DNA of 64,000 nucleotides. Origin: Candidatus Woesearchaeota archaeon UBA153 (GTDB lineage Archaea; Nanobdellota; Nanobdellia; Woesearchaeales; UBA525). The DNA lies in contig DASH01000042.1 in assembly GCA_002503705.1 (NCBI GenBank), positions 25,950 through 89,949 on the forward strand, written 5' to 3'. The notes beneath the pieces were generated by a model. The model was not told the origin of the DNA. It was given only the letters and a program-made list of their open reading frames with translations, and did not search any database. The translations under genes and the position numbers were made by a program. Shown here piece after piece: positions 17,903-28,184 of the stretch. Position 1 is the stretch's first letter; each line of letters opens with the position of its first letter.

Positions 17903-18304
17903 ATGAAAGCGATTAAAGCGAACATGACGCGGGCGATCCCAGTCGGATCCTATCTTCCGACGTGCGACAACTCCGGCGCGAAGCTCATCAAGATCTTCAC
18001 TGTCGTCGGCATGAAGACGCGCAAAGGGCGCTACCCTGCCGCGGGCATCGGCGACCTCGTCATGGCGAGCGTGAAGAAAGGGCGGCCGGAGATGCGCAAG
18101 CAGGTCGTCTTCGCCGTCATCGTCCGTCAACGCCAACCGTTCCAACGCCCGGACGGTACGCGCGTCAAATTCGAAGACAACGCCGCGGTCGTCCTGAAAG
18201 ACGACAAGGGCAACCCGAAAGGGACGATTTTCAAAGGGCCGATTGCGAAGGAAGCGTGCATCCGCTGGCCGGGCGTCGCGAAGATCGCCGGCGTCGTCCT
18301 GTAG
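17903..18304 (+). CDS. rpl14: 50S ribosomal protein uL14
   Basis: DNSGAK, FEDNAAV. Confidence 0.98.
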   Translation: MKAIKANMTRAIPVGSYLPTCDNSGAKLIKIFTVVGMKTRKGRYPAAGIGDLVMASVKKGRPEMRKQVVFAVIVRQRQPFQRPDGTRVKFEDNAAVVLKDDKGNPKGTIFKGPIAKEACIRWPGVAKIAGVVL

Positions 18305-18330
18305 GAAGAAAGATGGTGATGTGAACACTC

Positions 18331-18717
18331 ATGAAATCAAAGTTCAGCACGGCGTGGAAGTCGAGCATCAGGCCTCGCAAGCAGCGCAAGTACGTCTACA
18401 ACGCGCCGCTCCACCTCCGCGCCGGCCAACTCCACGTCCACTTGTCGAAAGAGTTGCGGCAGAAGTACGGCGTCCGCGCCCTGCGCGTCAGGGTCGGCGA
18501 CACCGTCAAAGTCTCGCGCGGCACGCACAAGGGCAAGGAAGGCAAGGTTGAGCGTATCGAGATGAAGCGGTGCCGCGTCATCGTCGACAAGGTCGAAGTG
18601 AAGAAGCTGCAAGGCGGCGTCGCCAAGTACCCGTTGCAACCGTCAAACCTGCTCCTCACGGGCCTCGCGCACGACAAGCGACGGTTCCCCGTCAAGAAAG
18701 AAGAGAAGAAGCAATGA
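18331..18717 (+). CDS. rpl24: 50S ribosomal protein uL24
   Basis: PRKQRK, GDTVKVSRG, QPSNL. Confidence 0.97.
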   Translation: MKSKFSTAWKSSIRPRKQRKYVYNAPLHLRAGQLHVHLSKELRQKYGVRALRVRVGDTVKVSRGTHKGKEGKVERIEMKRCRVIVDKVEVKKLQGGVAKYPLQPSNLLLTGLAHDKRRFPVKKEEKKQ

Positions 18718-18732
18718 GGCATTGATGTTCCC

Positions 18733-19437
18733 ATGGTCAAGCGTCACTTGAAACGGATCAACGCGCCCCGCACGTGGAGCCTCGCGCGAAAGGAGCGTAC
18801 GTTCACCATCCGCCCGCATCCGGGCGCGCAGCCCTTGGCCGCGACGTTGCCCCTGAGCCTCTTCCTCAACATGGTCGGCGCGAGCGCGTCGATGCGCAGC
18901 ACGAAATACGTGCTCAACCACCAGGACGTCCTCGTGAACGGTCGTCGCGAACGGCGTCCGGAAGCCGCCGTGGGGCTGTTCGACGTCGTCAGCTTCCCCC
19001 TCACGAAGAGCACGTTCCGCCTCACGATTAACACGCGTGACACGCTCGTCGCGATTCCCGTGACCGGCAAGGACGCGACGACGATTCCCTCCAAGATCCT
19101 CAGCAAGACGGTCTTGTCGGGCGGCAAGCTCCAAGTCGGCTGTCACAACGGCCGTACCCTCCTCACGACGGAGACGTACGCTGTCGGCGACACGCTCCTC
19201 CTCGGGCTTGACAACAACGTCTTGGGGCACGAGCCGCTCGCGCCGGGAGCGACAGTCTTCCTGACGGGCGGCAAGCACGTCGGCACGACCGGCGTCCTCG
19301 TCGGCATCCAGGACGGCAAGGCCACCGTGACGGTGAGCGGCGCTCAGAACGCCGCCGGCGGCACGGTGGAGACTGCGCAGCGCCACGTCTTCGTCCTCGG
19401 TAAGGAGAAGGCCGCGGTCAAGGTGGCGGCGGAATAA
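18733..19437 (+). CDS. rps4e: 30S ribosomal protein eS4
   Basis: HLKRINAPRTW, GLFDVV, TGGKHVG. Confidence 0.96.
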   Translation: MVKRHLKRINAPRTWSLARKERTFTIRPHPGAQPLAATLPLSLFLNMVGASASMRSTKYVLNHQDVLVNGRRERRPEAAVGLFDVVSFPLTKSTFRLTINTRDTLVAIPVTGKDATTIPSKILSKTVLSGGKLQVGCHNGRTLLTTETYAVGDTLLLGLDNNVLGHEPLAPGATVFLTGGKHVGTTGVLVGIQDGKATVTVSGAQNAAGGTVETAQRHVFVLGKEKAAVKVAAE

Positions 19438-19490
19438 AGTACCCAGCAGAGCATGGAGAGCAGAATCACAGAAAACAACGGTTGATCCTC

Positions 19491-20003
19491 ATGAATCCGA
19501 TGCGTACCATCCGAGTCGAGAAGCTCACCCTGAACATCGGGGCTGGCAAGGACCAGGCGAAGCTCGACAAGGGCGAGAAGCTGATCAAGTTCATCACTGG
19601 CGTCGCGCCGGTCAAGACGAAGACGCAAGAGCGCATCCCCGGTTGGGGCTTGCGTCCCGGACTCCCGATCGGCGTCAAGCTCACCTTGCGTGGCAGCGAC
19701 GTCCTCAAGCTCATCCCGCGGCTCCTCGCCGCGAAAGGCAACAAGTTGCAGCCGAGCAACATCGACGAGGCGGGCAACGTGAGCTTCGGCATTCCCGAGT
19801 ATATCGACATCGACGGCATCCAGTACAATCCGGAGATCGGCATCCTCGGCTTGCAGGCGTGCCTCACGCTCGAACGCCCCGGCTACCGGGTCAAGCGCCG
19901 CCGTTGCAAGAACGTCAAACCGGGCAAGCGTCACCGGCTCACTCGCGAGGAAGCGATGGAGTTCATGACGAGCACGTTCAAGACGAAGTTTGAAGAGGAG
20001 TGA
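19491..20003 (+). CDS. rpl5: 50S ribosomal protein uL5
   Basis: [28 protein letters not shown]. Confidence 0.98.
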   Translation: MNPMRTIRVEKLTLNIGAGKDQAKLDKGEKLIKFITGVAPVKTKTQERIPGWGLRPGLPIGVKLTLRGSDVLKLIPRLLAAKGNKLQPSNIDEAGNVSFGIPEYIDIDGIQYNPEIGILGLQACLTLERPGYRVKRRRCKNVKPGKRHRLTREEAMEFMTSTFKTKFEEE

Positions 20004-20023
20004 GAGGAGTACGAGGAGTCCGC

Positions 20024-20254
20024 ATGACAACGTCCCAACACACCAAGGTCCTCAAGCAGATCGGCAAGAAGCCGGGAACGCACGCCAAGTACCTCAAGCA
20101 CAACGTCCCGAAAGCTCGGGCGTTCGGCGCGCAGACGCACCGGTGCAAATTGTGCGGGAACATGCGCGGCCACATCGGCCGGTATGGTTTGCACTTGTGC
20201 CGCCGTTGCTTCCGGCAGTATGCGACCCAGCTCGGGTTCAAGAAGTACAGTTGA
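20024..20254 (+). CDS. rps14: 30S ribosomal protein uS14
   Basis: CKLC...LCRRCFR...GFKKY Zn finger. Confidence 0.96.
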   Translation: MTTSQHTKVLKQIGKKPGTHAKYLKHNVPKARAFGAQTHRCKLCGNMRGHIGRYGLHLCRRCFRQYATQLGFKKYS

Positions 20255-20309
20255 AGACGCACAACGCACACGCAGTGCATGATGAGAAACTGAAACGAGG
20301 AGATGCACG

Positions 20310-20702
20310 ATGTCCATGAACGATCCTTTGGCGAACGTCCTCAGCGCAATCATGAACGCGGAGCGCCGCGGCGGCCGTGAAGTCGTCACGAAGCACAACT
20401 CCACGCTCCTGCGCAAGGTGCTCGACCTGCTCGTCGCGGAAGGTTACCTCGCCGGGTACAGCGTCGCGCCAGCGTCGAGCGGCGACACGCTCACGATCAA
20501 GCTCGTCGGGAAGATCAACAAGGTCGGCGTGGTCAAGCCGCGCTATCAGATCGGCAAGTCGGAGTACGTCCGCTTCGAGAAGCGGTTCCTGCCCGCGCGC
20601 GGGTTCGGCGTCCTCCTCATCAGCACGAATAAGGGGTTGCTGACGCACGAGCAGGCGAAGGCGCTCGGCGTGGGCGGCACGCTCATCAGCTACTGTTACT
20701 GA
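20310..20702 (+). CDS. rps8: 30S ribosomal protein uS8
   Basis: DPLANVLSAIMNAE, STNKG, GGTLISYCY. Confidence 0.98.
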   Translation: MSMNDPLANVLSAIMNAERRGGREVVTKHNSTLLRKVLDLLVAEGYLAGYSVAPASSGDTLTIKLVGKINKVGVVKPRYQIGKSEYVRFEKRFLPARGFGVLLISTNKGLLTHEQAKALGVGGTLISYCY

Positions 20703-20781
20703 GCGCGAGGATTGCACAAGAATCGCACGAGGAACGTCCACACGAGGAACGTACACGGTTCGTACCAGGATTGATGTTCAC

Positions 20782-21336
20782 ATGGAAGCCAAAAATTTCG
20801 ACGAACGCATCGAGCTCCCCGCGGGAGTCGTCGCAACGTATGATGAAAAGACGGGCGTCTTGGCCGTGACGGGCCCGAAGGGCTGCGTCTCCAAGGTCAT
20901 CGCCGACCCTCGCGTCGCGATGGGCGTCACCGACGGCGCCGTCACGTTCCTGACGAAGAAGGCGACGATGCGCGAGAAGAAGCTCTTGTACGCGTTCGTC
21001 GCGCACGCGAAGAACTTGGTGCGCGGCGCGACGCAAGGGTACACGTACACGCTGAAGATTTGCAGCGGCCACTTTCCCATGGCGGTGAGCGTCAAGGGCG
21101 ACGTGTTCGAGATCAAGAATTTCATCGGTGAGAAAGTGCCGCGGACGCTGAAGCTCAAGCAGGGCGCGACCGTCAAGGTCGACGGCGAGCGCGTCGTCGT
21201 GACGGGAACGGACAAGGAGATCGTCGGCCAGACTGCCGCGGATATCGAGCAGTTGAGCCGCCGCCCCGGTTTCGACACGCGTATCTTCCAAGACGGCATT
21301 TTCATCATCGACAAGGACGGCAAGAAGGTCGTCTGA
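20782..21336 (+). CDS. rpl6: 50S ribosomal protein uL6
   Basis: GPKG, HFPM, NFIGEK, FQDGIF. Confidence 0.98.
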   Translation: MEAKNFDERIELPAGVVATYDEKTGVLAVTGPKGCVSKVIADPRVAMGVTDGAVTFLTKKATMREKKLLYAFVAHAKNLVRGATQGYTYTLKICSGHFPMAVSVKGDVFEIKNFIGEKVPRTLKLKQGATVKVDGERVVVTGTDKEIVGQTAADIEQLSRRPGFDTRIFQDGIFIIDKDGKKVV

Positions 21337-21378
21337 ACAACACAGCATGTGCAGGACAAGAACAAACCGTGATGTACC

Positions 21379-22017
21379 ATGGCGTTGAATGATTCCCTCG
21401 CGATCCGACGGCGGATGAAGGGCCGCAAGCCCGCGTTCCTCCGACAGGACGCGCACAAGAAAGTCAAGCTGACCCCATCGTGGCGCAAGCCGAAAGGTTC
21501 GGACAGCAAGATGCGCGTCCGCAAGCGCGGCTACAACACGCCCGTCTCGCGCGGCTACGGTGCGCCTCTCGAGGCGCGCGGCCTTCACGCGAGCGGCTTG
21601 CAGCCAGTGCTCGTCGCGACAGTCGCCGAGCTCGACCGCTTGGACGTGAAGCGCGACGGCGCAGTCCTCAAGCGCACAATCGGCGGCAAGCTTCGCGAGA
21701 CGCTTCTCGCGCACGCCGCGACGAAGAAGATCACTGTTTTGAACGTGAAGACGGACGCCGCCGCGGTCGCGGCGAAGTTCGCCGAGCGGAAGGCGCTGAA
21801 GGCGAAGCGGCACGACGCGAAGGCCACCAAGGCCGCCGAGCGCGAGAAGAAGGAGAAGAAGACGCTCGAAGAGAAGACGACGACTCCGGGCGCGGCGCGC
21901 GCGTCGTCGTCAGAGTCCGAGCCGGACGTTCAGAGCACGGTGCAGACGACGGAAGAGACTGCGCACGAGAAGGAAGAGAGAGAAGAGAAGCAGAAAGTCC
22001 TGACGAAACGGACGTAA
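21379..22017 (+). CDS. rpl32e: 50S ribosomal protein eL32 with C-terminal extension
   Basis: KPAFLRQD, WRKPKG, RGLHASG. Confidence 0.96.
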   Translation: MALNDSLAIRRRMKGRKPAFLRQDAHKKVKLTPSWRKPKGSDSKMRVRKRGYNTPVSRGYGAPLEARGLHASGLQPVLVATVAELDRLDVKRDGAVLKRTIGGKLRETLLAHAATKKITVLNVKTDAAAVAAKFAERKALKAKRHDAKATKAAEREKKEKKTLEEKTTTPGAARASSSESEPDVQSTVQTTEETAHEKEEREEKQKVLTKRT

Positions 22018-22052
22018 CAACAGCGAATCATTGACTTGCAAGGTGCACTCGG

Positions 22053-22517
22053 ATGAAACTCGACACGCAACGGCGCATCGCGGCCTCGCTCCTCAAATGC
22101 GGCTCTGACAGGGTCGTCTTCGATCCCGCACGGGCGAACGACATCAAGGAAGCGATCACCAAGTCGGACATGCGCCTCCTCATCAGCGACGGCATCGTCC
22201 GCGCGCGTCCCGTTGCGGGCGTGAGCAAGGCGCGCGCGCGCAAGATCAAGGCGCAGAAGCGGAAAGGCCTCCGTCGCGGTCACGGCAGCAAGAAAGGGAC
22301 GCCGAACGCGTCGCTCGACGGCAAGACGCGCTGGGTCGCCGCGGTGCGCAGCCAGCGCGCGTTCATCCAGGAGTTGCGCGAGAAAGGCCTCTTGTCGCCT
22401 TCGACGTTCCGCGACGTCTACCGGAAGAGCAAGGGCGGTTTTTTCAGGAGTCAACGCCACATCAAGCTCTACCTCGACGATCGTCGCTTGTGGCAGGCGC
22501 CGGCGAAGAAACTATGA
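22053..22517 (+). CDS. rpl19e: 50S ribosomal protein eL19
   Basis: QRRIAA, RGHGSKKG, KGGFF. Confidence 0.97.
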   Translation: MKLDTQRRIAASLLKCGSDRVVFDPARANDIKEAITKSDMRLLISDGIVRARPVAGVSKARARKIKAQKRKGLRRGHGSKKGTPNASLDGKTRWVAAVRSQRAFIQELREKGLLSPSTFRDVYRKSKGGFFRSQRHIKLYLDDRRLWQAPAKKL

Positions 22518-22595
22518 GTGAAGAAGAAGTGAAGACGCGACAGACACGTCCACCCGCAGACACGAAAAGACACGCATGAACAGAGTTGATGATCC

Positions 22596-23234
22596 ATGAC
22601 TGGCACACGACACGTCCTCCCCTACCATCGGAAACGCGAAGGGAAGACGAACTATAAGAAACGGCTCGCGCTCCTCAAATCCGGAGTCCCCCGGCTCGTC
22701 ATTCGCCGGAGCAACAAGCACCTCCTCCTCCAGCTCGTCATGTACCAGCCTGACGGGGACAAGGTCCTCGCGACGCTCTCGAGCAAGACGCTCGCCAAGC
22801 ACGGCTGGACGCACAGCACCAAGTCCATCCCGGCAGCGTACCTTGCCGGTCGCTTGTTCGCGAAACAGCTCGTCGAGCAACGCCGCACGAACGCAATCCT
22901 CGACCTCGGGTTCCAGAAGCACCGTCCGGGCACGAGAATCTGCGCGGCGCTCCAAGGCGTCGTCGACGGCGGTGTCGCCATTCCCGTCGGCGCGGAAATC
23001 TTCCCGCCCGGCGACCGGATCAACGGCGCGCACTTGACGACGGCGAAACCCGGTGAGGTCGCCGAGGTCGCGAAGAAGCTCGGCGTCACGTTACCCGCGG
23101 CGACTCCCGCCCCGAAGAAAGAGGCGAAGCACGACGCCGCGCCCGCGAAGGGCAAGGACGGCAAGCCCGCGCCCGCGGCGCAGAAACCGAAAGGCGAGAA
23201 GAAAGCCGACGGTAAAAAACCCGTCGATTCGTGA
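22596..23234 (+). CDS. rpl18: 50S ribosomal protein uL18
   Basis: RKREGKTNYKKRL, PAAYLAG. Confidence 0.97.
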   Translation: MTGTRHVLPYHRKREGKTNYKKRLALLKSGVPRLVIRRSNKHLLLQLVMYQPDGDKVLATLSSKTLAKHGWTHSTKSIPAAYLAGRLFAKQLVEQRRTNAILDLGFQKHRPGTRICAALQGVVDGGVAIPVGAEIFPPGDRINGAHLTTAKPGEVAEVAKKLGVTLPAATPAPKKEAKHDAAPAKGKDGKPAPAAQKPKGEKKADGKKPVDS

Positions 23235-23257
23235 AAATCAGTGAAGGTTGATACTCC

Positions 23258-24124
23258 ATGGCACGCAGAGAAGCACGGAAGGAGAGCGTCGTGAGCGCGA
23301 ACCTCGACAACTGGCACCCGAAGACCGAGCTTGGGCGCCAAGTCAAGGCGAAGGAGATCCTCGACATCGACGAAATCCTTGATAGTGGTCGCACCATCCT
23401 CGAGCCGGAAATCATCGACATACTCCTCCCGAACTTGGAAGCCGACCTCTTGTTGATCGGCCAAGCGAAGGGCAAGTTCGGCGGCGGCCAGCGTCGCACG
23501 TTCCGCCAGACGCAGAAGAAGACGATGGAGGGGAACAAACCGAAGTTCTCCTGTCTCGTCGTCATCGGCGACAAGAACGGCCACGTCGGTTTCGGCCTCG
23601 GTAAGGCGAAAGAGACGATGCCGGCGCGCGAGAAAGCCGTCCGGAAAGCCAAGCTCAACCTGTTCAAGATCCGTCGCGGCACGGGCTCGTGGGAAGACGC
23701 GAGCAGCGAACCGCACTCCATCCCGTTCAGCGTGACCGGCAAGACGGGCAGCGTCCTCATCAAGCTCATCCCCGCGCCGAAAGGCAAGGGGCTCGTCGTC
23801 GAGAAAGAGGCGGCGAAAGCCTTAGTCTTGGCCGGCATCAAGAACGTCTGGAGCAAGACGTACGGCCAGACGAAGAACAAAGTCAATTTCATCCGAGCGC
23901 TCGAGCTCGCGTTGCGCAACTTGAGCACGACGAAAGTGCCGGACAAAATGGTGGAGAAGCTCGCCATCGCGGACGGCAGCGTCAAGAAGAGCGAGGACGC
24001 GAGCGTTGACTCGTCCGAAGAGGCCGCGGCCGCCTCCTCCGCGAGCGAACCGAAGCGCGCTGAACGCCGCCCTGTCCGCCGCGTTCGCGGTCCGAAGAAG
24101 GAGACGAAAGAGAAGAAAGAGTGA
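23258..24124 (+). CDS. rps5: 30S ribosomal protein uS5
   Basis: WHPKTELG, GSWE, PAPKGKGLV. Confidence 0.98.
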   Translation: MARREARKESVVSANLDNWHPKTELGRQVKAKEILDIDEILDSGRTILEPEIIDILLPNLEADLLLIGQAKGKFGGGQRRTFRQTQKKTMEGNKPKFSCLVVIGDKNGHVGFGLGKAKETMPAREKAVRKAKLNLFKIRRGTGSWEDASSEPHSIPFSVTGKTGSVLIKLIPAPKGKGLVVEKEAAKALVLAGIKNVWSKTYGQTKNKVNFIRALELALRNLSTTKVPDKMVEKLAIADGSVKKSEDASVDSSEEAAAASSASEPKRAERRPVRRVRGPKKETKEKKE

Positions 24125-24135
24125 GTTGATTCCTG

Positions 24136-24669
24136 ATGCCTGAAGCGAAAACGAGTACGAAGTCGACGGTGAAATCCACCGTGACGGCGAGCAGAACGCA
24201 GGGCGGCGCGACAGTTGCGCGCAGCGCTCCGAAAGCTGCTGCCAAACCGAGCGTTCCACGAACTGTTGTCGCGCCTCAAGCCCCCAGCGCCGAGAATGCC
24301 GGTCTCATCGCGGCGGTCCGCGTCCGCGGCGAAGAGGGCATCAAGACGGAGATCCGACTCGCGCTCCAATGCCTGCGCCTCCAACGCTCGAACGTCTGCG
24401 TCCTCATCCCTGACACGAAGCTCTGGCGTGGGCAACTGCGCAAGTGCAAAGACTACATCACGTACGGCTTGATCACGAACGAGACGAAACAATTGCTTGA
24501 AGAGAAGCGCGGCGTCAAGAAAGCCGACGGCACGCTCAAGCCGTTCTACCGTCTCAACCCGCCCCGTCACGGCTTCGGCCGGAAAGGCGTGAAGAAGGCG
24601 TTCACCGAAGGTGGCGCGCTCGGTGAGCGCGGCGCGAAGATGGACGACCTCATCCGGCGGATGGTCTGA
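24136..24669 (+). CDS. rpl30: 50S ribosomal protein uL30 with N-terminal extension
   Basis: AVRVRG, YRLNPPRHG, GGALG. Confidence 0.96.
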   Translation: MPEAKTSTKSTVKSTVTASRTQGGATVARSAPKAAAKPSVPRTVVAPQAPSAENAGLIAAVRVRGEEGIKTEIRLALQCLRLQRSNVCVLIPDTKLWRGQLRKCKDYITYGLITNETKQLLEEKRGVKKADGTLKPFYRLNPPRHGFGRKGVKKAFTEGGALGERGAKMDDLIRRMV

Positions 24670-24685
24670 ACATGAGGGATGCTCA

Positions 24686-25180
24686 ATGAGTCTCAAACGA
24701 CGCAAGAAGAACACCCGCCAGCGCGGCAGCACGTCGCACGGTTGGGGCGCGATGAAGAAGCACCGCGGCGCCGGCCACCGAGGCGGCCGCGGCAACGCGG
24801 GCTCCGGAAAGAGAGGCGACGCGAAGAAGCCTTCCTATTGGAAGATTAAGAACTTCTCCGGCAAGCACGGGTTCACGTCGAAACGGCCCGCGGTCGGCTT
24901 CGTCATGAACGCGGGGCACTTGTCGAGCATGATCGACACGCTCGTCACGCAAGGCCTCGCCGAGAAGAGCGGGAAGGGGTACGCGGTCGACCTCGAGAAA
25001 TTGCGCATCGAGCGGTTGCTCGGCGGCGGCATCGTCAACGTCGCGATGGACGTGACGGTCGAACGCGCGTCGCCCTCAGCGATCGAGAAGATCGAGAAGG
25101 CGGGCGGCAAAGTCACCGTGACGGCGGAACCGGAAGCGGAAAGCGACGACGCAGAAGCGCCCGTGGCTGACGAAGCGTAA
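24686..25180 (+). CDS. rpl15: 50S ribosomal protein uL15
   Basis: RGSTSHGWG, RGAGHRGGRGNAG, KIEKAGG. Confidence 0.97.
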   Translation: MSLKRRKKNTRQRGSTSHGWGAMKKHRGAGHRGGRGNAGSGKRGDAKKPSYWKIKNFSGKHGFTSKRPAVGFVMNAGHLSSMIDTLVTQGLAEKSGKGYAVDLEKLRIERLLGGGIVNVAMDVTVERASPSAIEKIEKAGGKVTVTAEPEAESDDAEAPVADEA

Positions 25181-25253
25181 AACCCTCTTTTCTTCTCTCA
25201 ATCACCTATCAAAGCTTTTATAAATCGTTGGTGTGCTCTCTCGCTGCTGGGCG

Positions 25254-25379
25254 CGTGTTGAGCATCTTCGAAACGCTCGATGCGAGTGTCGCAGGTCCTG
25301 CGTCCCCGGAGGGGGCGTCCCCCCGCGACGGACTCGTCGTCGTTTCCGAGGGCGTTTCGACTTGAGGATGCTCAACACG
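25254..25379 (-). repeat. Structured element family S, copy upstream of secY
   Basis: 13-bp terminal stem CGTGTTGAGCATC/GATGCTCAACACG plus inner TCGAAACGC/GCGTTTCGA; minus-strand GGGGGACGCCCCCTCCGGGGA matches 27585-27605 at 19/21. Confidence 0.65.
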
Positions 25380-25395
25380 GAGTCGGGGTTAGGGT

Positions 25396-26736
25396 ATGGC
25401 GTTCATCGATAGCATCCTGAACAACCTTCCGGAAGTCAAGGCGCCGACGGAGAAGCGTCTCGGCTTCAAGGAGAAGTTGAAGTGGACGCTCATCGTCCTC
25501 GTCCTCTACTTCGTTCTCGGCTTGATTCCGCTCTTCGGCCTCGGCCCGAGCGCGCTGCAGCAGTTCGAATTCCTCGAGATGGTGCTCGGCGCGTCGTTCG
25601 GCAGCATCATCACCCTCGGTATCGGTCCCATCGTGACCGCCAGTATCGTCTTGCAGTTGTTGAACGGCTCGGGCATCGTCAAGTTCGACTTGACTAGCCA
25701 TGAGGGGAAGGCGCGCTTTCAAGGCATCCAGAAGCTCTTGAGCGTCGGCTTCGTCATCTTGGAAGGCATCATCTACGTCATCACGGGAGGCTTGTCGCCG
25801 ATGGCGGGCATCCCCGCGTGGTTCCTCGTCTTCCAATTGTTCCTCGGCGGCGTCCTCATCATGCTCATGGACGAGGTCGTCACCAAGTGGGGCTTCGGCT
25901 CCGGCATCTCCTTGTTCATCGCCGCGGGCGTCTCGAAGGGGATTTTCGTCACCCTCTTCAGTCCGTTCAAAGAGCAGGTCGCGGGCGCGTCGACGAGCGA
26001 GTACAGCGTCGGCCGCTTCTTCCAGCTCTTCCAATCGTTGAGCGCGAGCGACATGACGACGTTCATGGTCGCCGCGTCCATCATCCTCGCGACGATCGTC
26101 GTCTTCCTCGTCGTCGTGTACACGCAAGCGATGAAGGTCGAGATTCCCTTGAGCTTCGGCCGGATCCGCGGGCAAGGCATGCGGTGGCCGTTGAACTTCT
26201 TCTACACGAGCAACATCCCCGTCATCCTCGTCGCCGCGTTGTTGGCGAACATCCAATTGCTGGGGCGGCTCATCCCGAAGCTGTCGTGGATCACGCCGCT
26301 CGTCAACCAGCCGAACATCGTCCAGAAGATCATCACGAGCAGTTTCGGCTGGACTGATTTCTTCACCGCGCTCCTGTACATCCTCATCTTCATGACGGGC
26401 AGCCTCATCTTCGGCCTCTTCTGGGTCCAGACGGCAGGCCTCGACCCGCGTTCGCAAGCGCGCAACATCATGAGGTCCGGGCTGCAAATCCCCGGCTTCC
26501 GGAAGGACGAGCGCGTCCTGGAGCGGATGCTCTCCCGGTACATCTGGCCCTTGAGCGTCGTCGGCAGCCTCGCCGTCGGCCTCCTCGCCGCCGTCGCGGA
26601 CTTGACGGGTGCGCTCGGCACTGGTACCGGTATCTTGCTGACCGTCATGATCGTCTACCACTTGTACCAGACGATCGCGCAACAGCACATGATGGACATG
26701 AACCCGATGATGCGCAAGTTCATGGGTGAGCGGTGA
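25396..26736 (+). CDS. secY: Protein translocase subunit SecY
   Basis: LGIGPIVTASI, GSGISLFIAAG, NIPVIL, QIPGFR, GTGILL. Confidence 0.98.
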   Translation: MAFIDSILNNLPEVKAPTEKRLGFKEKLKWTLIVLVLYFVLGLIPLFGLGPSALQQFEFLEMVLGASFGSIITLGIGPIVTASIVLQLLNGSGIVKFDLTSHEGKARFQGIQKLLSVGFVILEGIIYVITGGLSPMAGIPAWFLVFQLFLGGVLIMLMDEVVTKWGFGSGISLFIAAGVSKGIFVTLFSPFKEQVAGASTSEYSVGRFFQLFQSLSASDMTTFMVAASIILATIVVFLVVVYTQAMKVEIPLSFGRIRGQGMRWPLNFFYTSNIPVILVAALLANIQLLGRLIPKLSWITPLVNQPNIVQKIITSSFGWTDFFTALLYILIFMTGSLIFGLFWVQTAGLDPRSQARNIMRSGLQIPGFRKDERVLERMLSRYIWPLSVVGSLAVGLLAAVADLTGALGTGTGILLTVMIVYHLYQTIAQQHMMDMNPMMRKFMGER

Positions 26737-26742
26737 ACGGCT

Positions 26743-27501
26743 ATGCTCTTCGGCTTCTTGTTCACGTGGCCGCCGTTCTGGGCGATCCTCCTCGTCTCGT
26801 TCGTCATCACGCTCTCGACGACGTTGTTGTATAAATATACGACGAACCAGGCGCGGATGCGTGAGCTGAAGAAGACGGTGAAGGAGTACCAGGAGAAGAT
26901 CAAGAAGTCTCGCGACAAGCCGGAGAAGATGATGAAGCTCCAGCAGGAGGCGATGCAGTACAACCTCGAGTTGATGAAGCACAGCTTCAAGCCGACCTTG
27001 TACACGATGATCCCGTTGCTGTTGCTCTTCGTCTGGCTGAACGCGCACATGGCGTACCAGCCGTTGCTGCCCGATCAAGAGTTCACGCTCACGGCGACGT
27101 ACGCCGACGGCGTCACCGGAACGACAAACCTCTCTCTCCTCCCGGAAGGCTTGACGTTGCTTTCGAACGCGACCGCGCTCGTCACGATTCCTCCCGGCGA
27201 GAAAGGAGGGGTGGTGGAGTGGACGTTGCGCGGGAGCGCTGGCGCGTACAAGGCCATCGTCACGTTCGCGGGTTCGCACGTCGAGAAAGAGTTCGAGATC
27301 ACCTCCGAGCCTGGTCATTACGACGCGCCGTTGCAGACATACAAAGGCGGCGTGAAGTCCATCCTCGTCGGCAACAAGCCCACCCGCCCGTTCGGCGAGT
27401 CGTTCAACCTCTTCGGCTGGCACCCTGGCTGGATCGCCGCGTACATCCTCACGAGCATCGCGTTGAGCATGCTCTTCCGGAAAGCGTTCAACGTCGTGTG
27501 A
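26743..27501 (+). CDS. DUF106 / EMC3-TMCO1 (Oxa1 superfamily) membrane protein
   Basis: TM, coiled coil, FKPTLYTMIP, C-terminal WIAAYIL; canonical position after secY. Confidence 0.88.
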   Translation: MLFGFLFTWPPFWAILLVSFVITLSTTLLYKYTTNQARMRELKKTVKEYQEKIKKSRDKPEKMMKLQQEAMQYNLELMKHSFKPTLYTMIPLLLLFVWLNAHMAYQPLLPDQEFTLTATYADGVTGTTNLSLLPEGLTLLSNATALVTIPPGEKGGVVEWTLRGSAGAYKAIVTFAGSHVEKEFEITSEPGHYDAPLQTYKGGVKSILVGNKPTRPFGESFNLFGWHPGWIAAYILTSIALSMLFRKAFNVV

Positions 27502-27530
27502 AAAGAAGCGGTTTTTGTTTTCTCAATGAA

Positions 27531-27654
27531 CGCCGTTACCGTCCTTAAGGGCGAACACCTACGACGTTTTATGCAAGGCGACAAGGGGGACGCCCCACCC
27601 GGGGAATGTCGCCCTACGGACGAAGAAGCGGGTGTGAGCAGGACGGTAACGGCG
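27531..27654 (+). repeat. Structured element family S
   Basis: Perfect 15-bp inverted ends CGCCGTTACCGTCCT/AGGACGGTAACGGCG, then TAAGGGCGA...GAGC; homologous to 36141-36330 on the minus strand. Confidence 0.75.
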
Positions 27655-27666
27655 CAGAATAGTTCT

Positions 27667-28044
27667 TCAGAGATAACCGTCTTGCTTGAGCGACTCGACC
27701 ACTTGTTTCGTGACGTCAGAAAGAGGATATGCTCTCGTCTTCTCATACGTCGCATAGGCGGCGTCCGAGATTTCCGCTTGCGGCTTTCCTAGGTTCTGCA
27801 GTTCAGCGAAATAGACGTCGACGTTGATGCCGTCGCCGGCGAAGGGAGCGATGCCTTGGAATGCCTTGTAGAACCGACAGTTGGTGACTTTTCCTTCTTC
27901 GATCTCTTCCGAGACCTCTCGGACGAGACAACCAAGGTCGGACTCTTCCGGTTTCCCGCCCGGGAGAATCCAGACGGTCTTCTTCTGGACGAGAAGGAGC
28001 TCTTTCTTATCGTTGATGATTGCCGCACTGACGACTAGTCGCAT
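27667..28044 (-). CDS. Nudix hydrolase
   Basis: WILPGGKPEESDLGCLVREVSEE Nudix box; start placed at MRLVV. Confidence 0.85.
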   Translation of the reverse strand: MRLVVSAAIINDKKELLLVQKKTVWILPGGKPEESDLGCLVREVSEEIEEGKVTNCRFYKAFQGIAPFAGDGINVDVYFAELQNLGKPQAEISDAAYATYEKTRAYPLSDVTKQVVESLKQDGYL

Positions 28045-28184
28045 GATGCTCGGGAGTGTGTTCTTCAGATATAAACACATAATATTGCCCATATAGAAAA
28101 TAATATCTTTTCCTTTCCAGTTATCTTTATAAACACCTCGTCGTTCTCGGACGTCACGCTTGGCAGCGGAGAACGTGAAGTACA

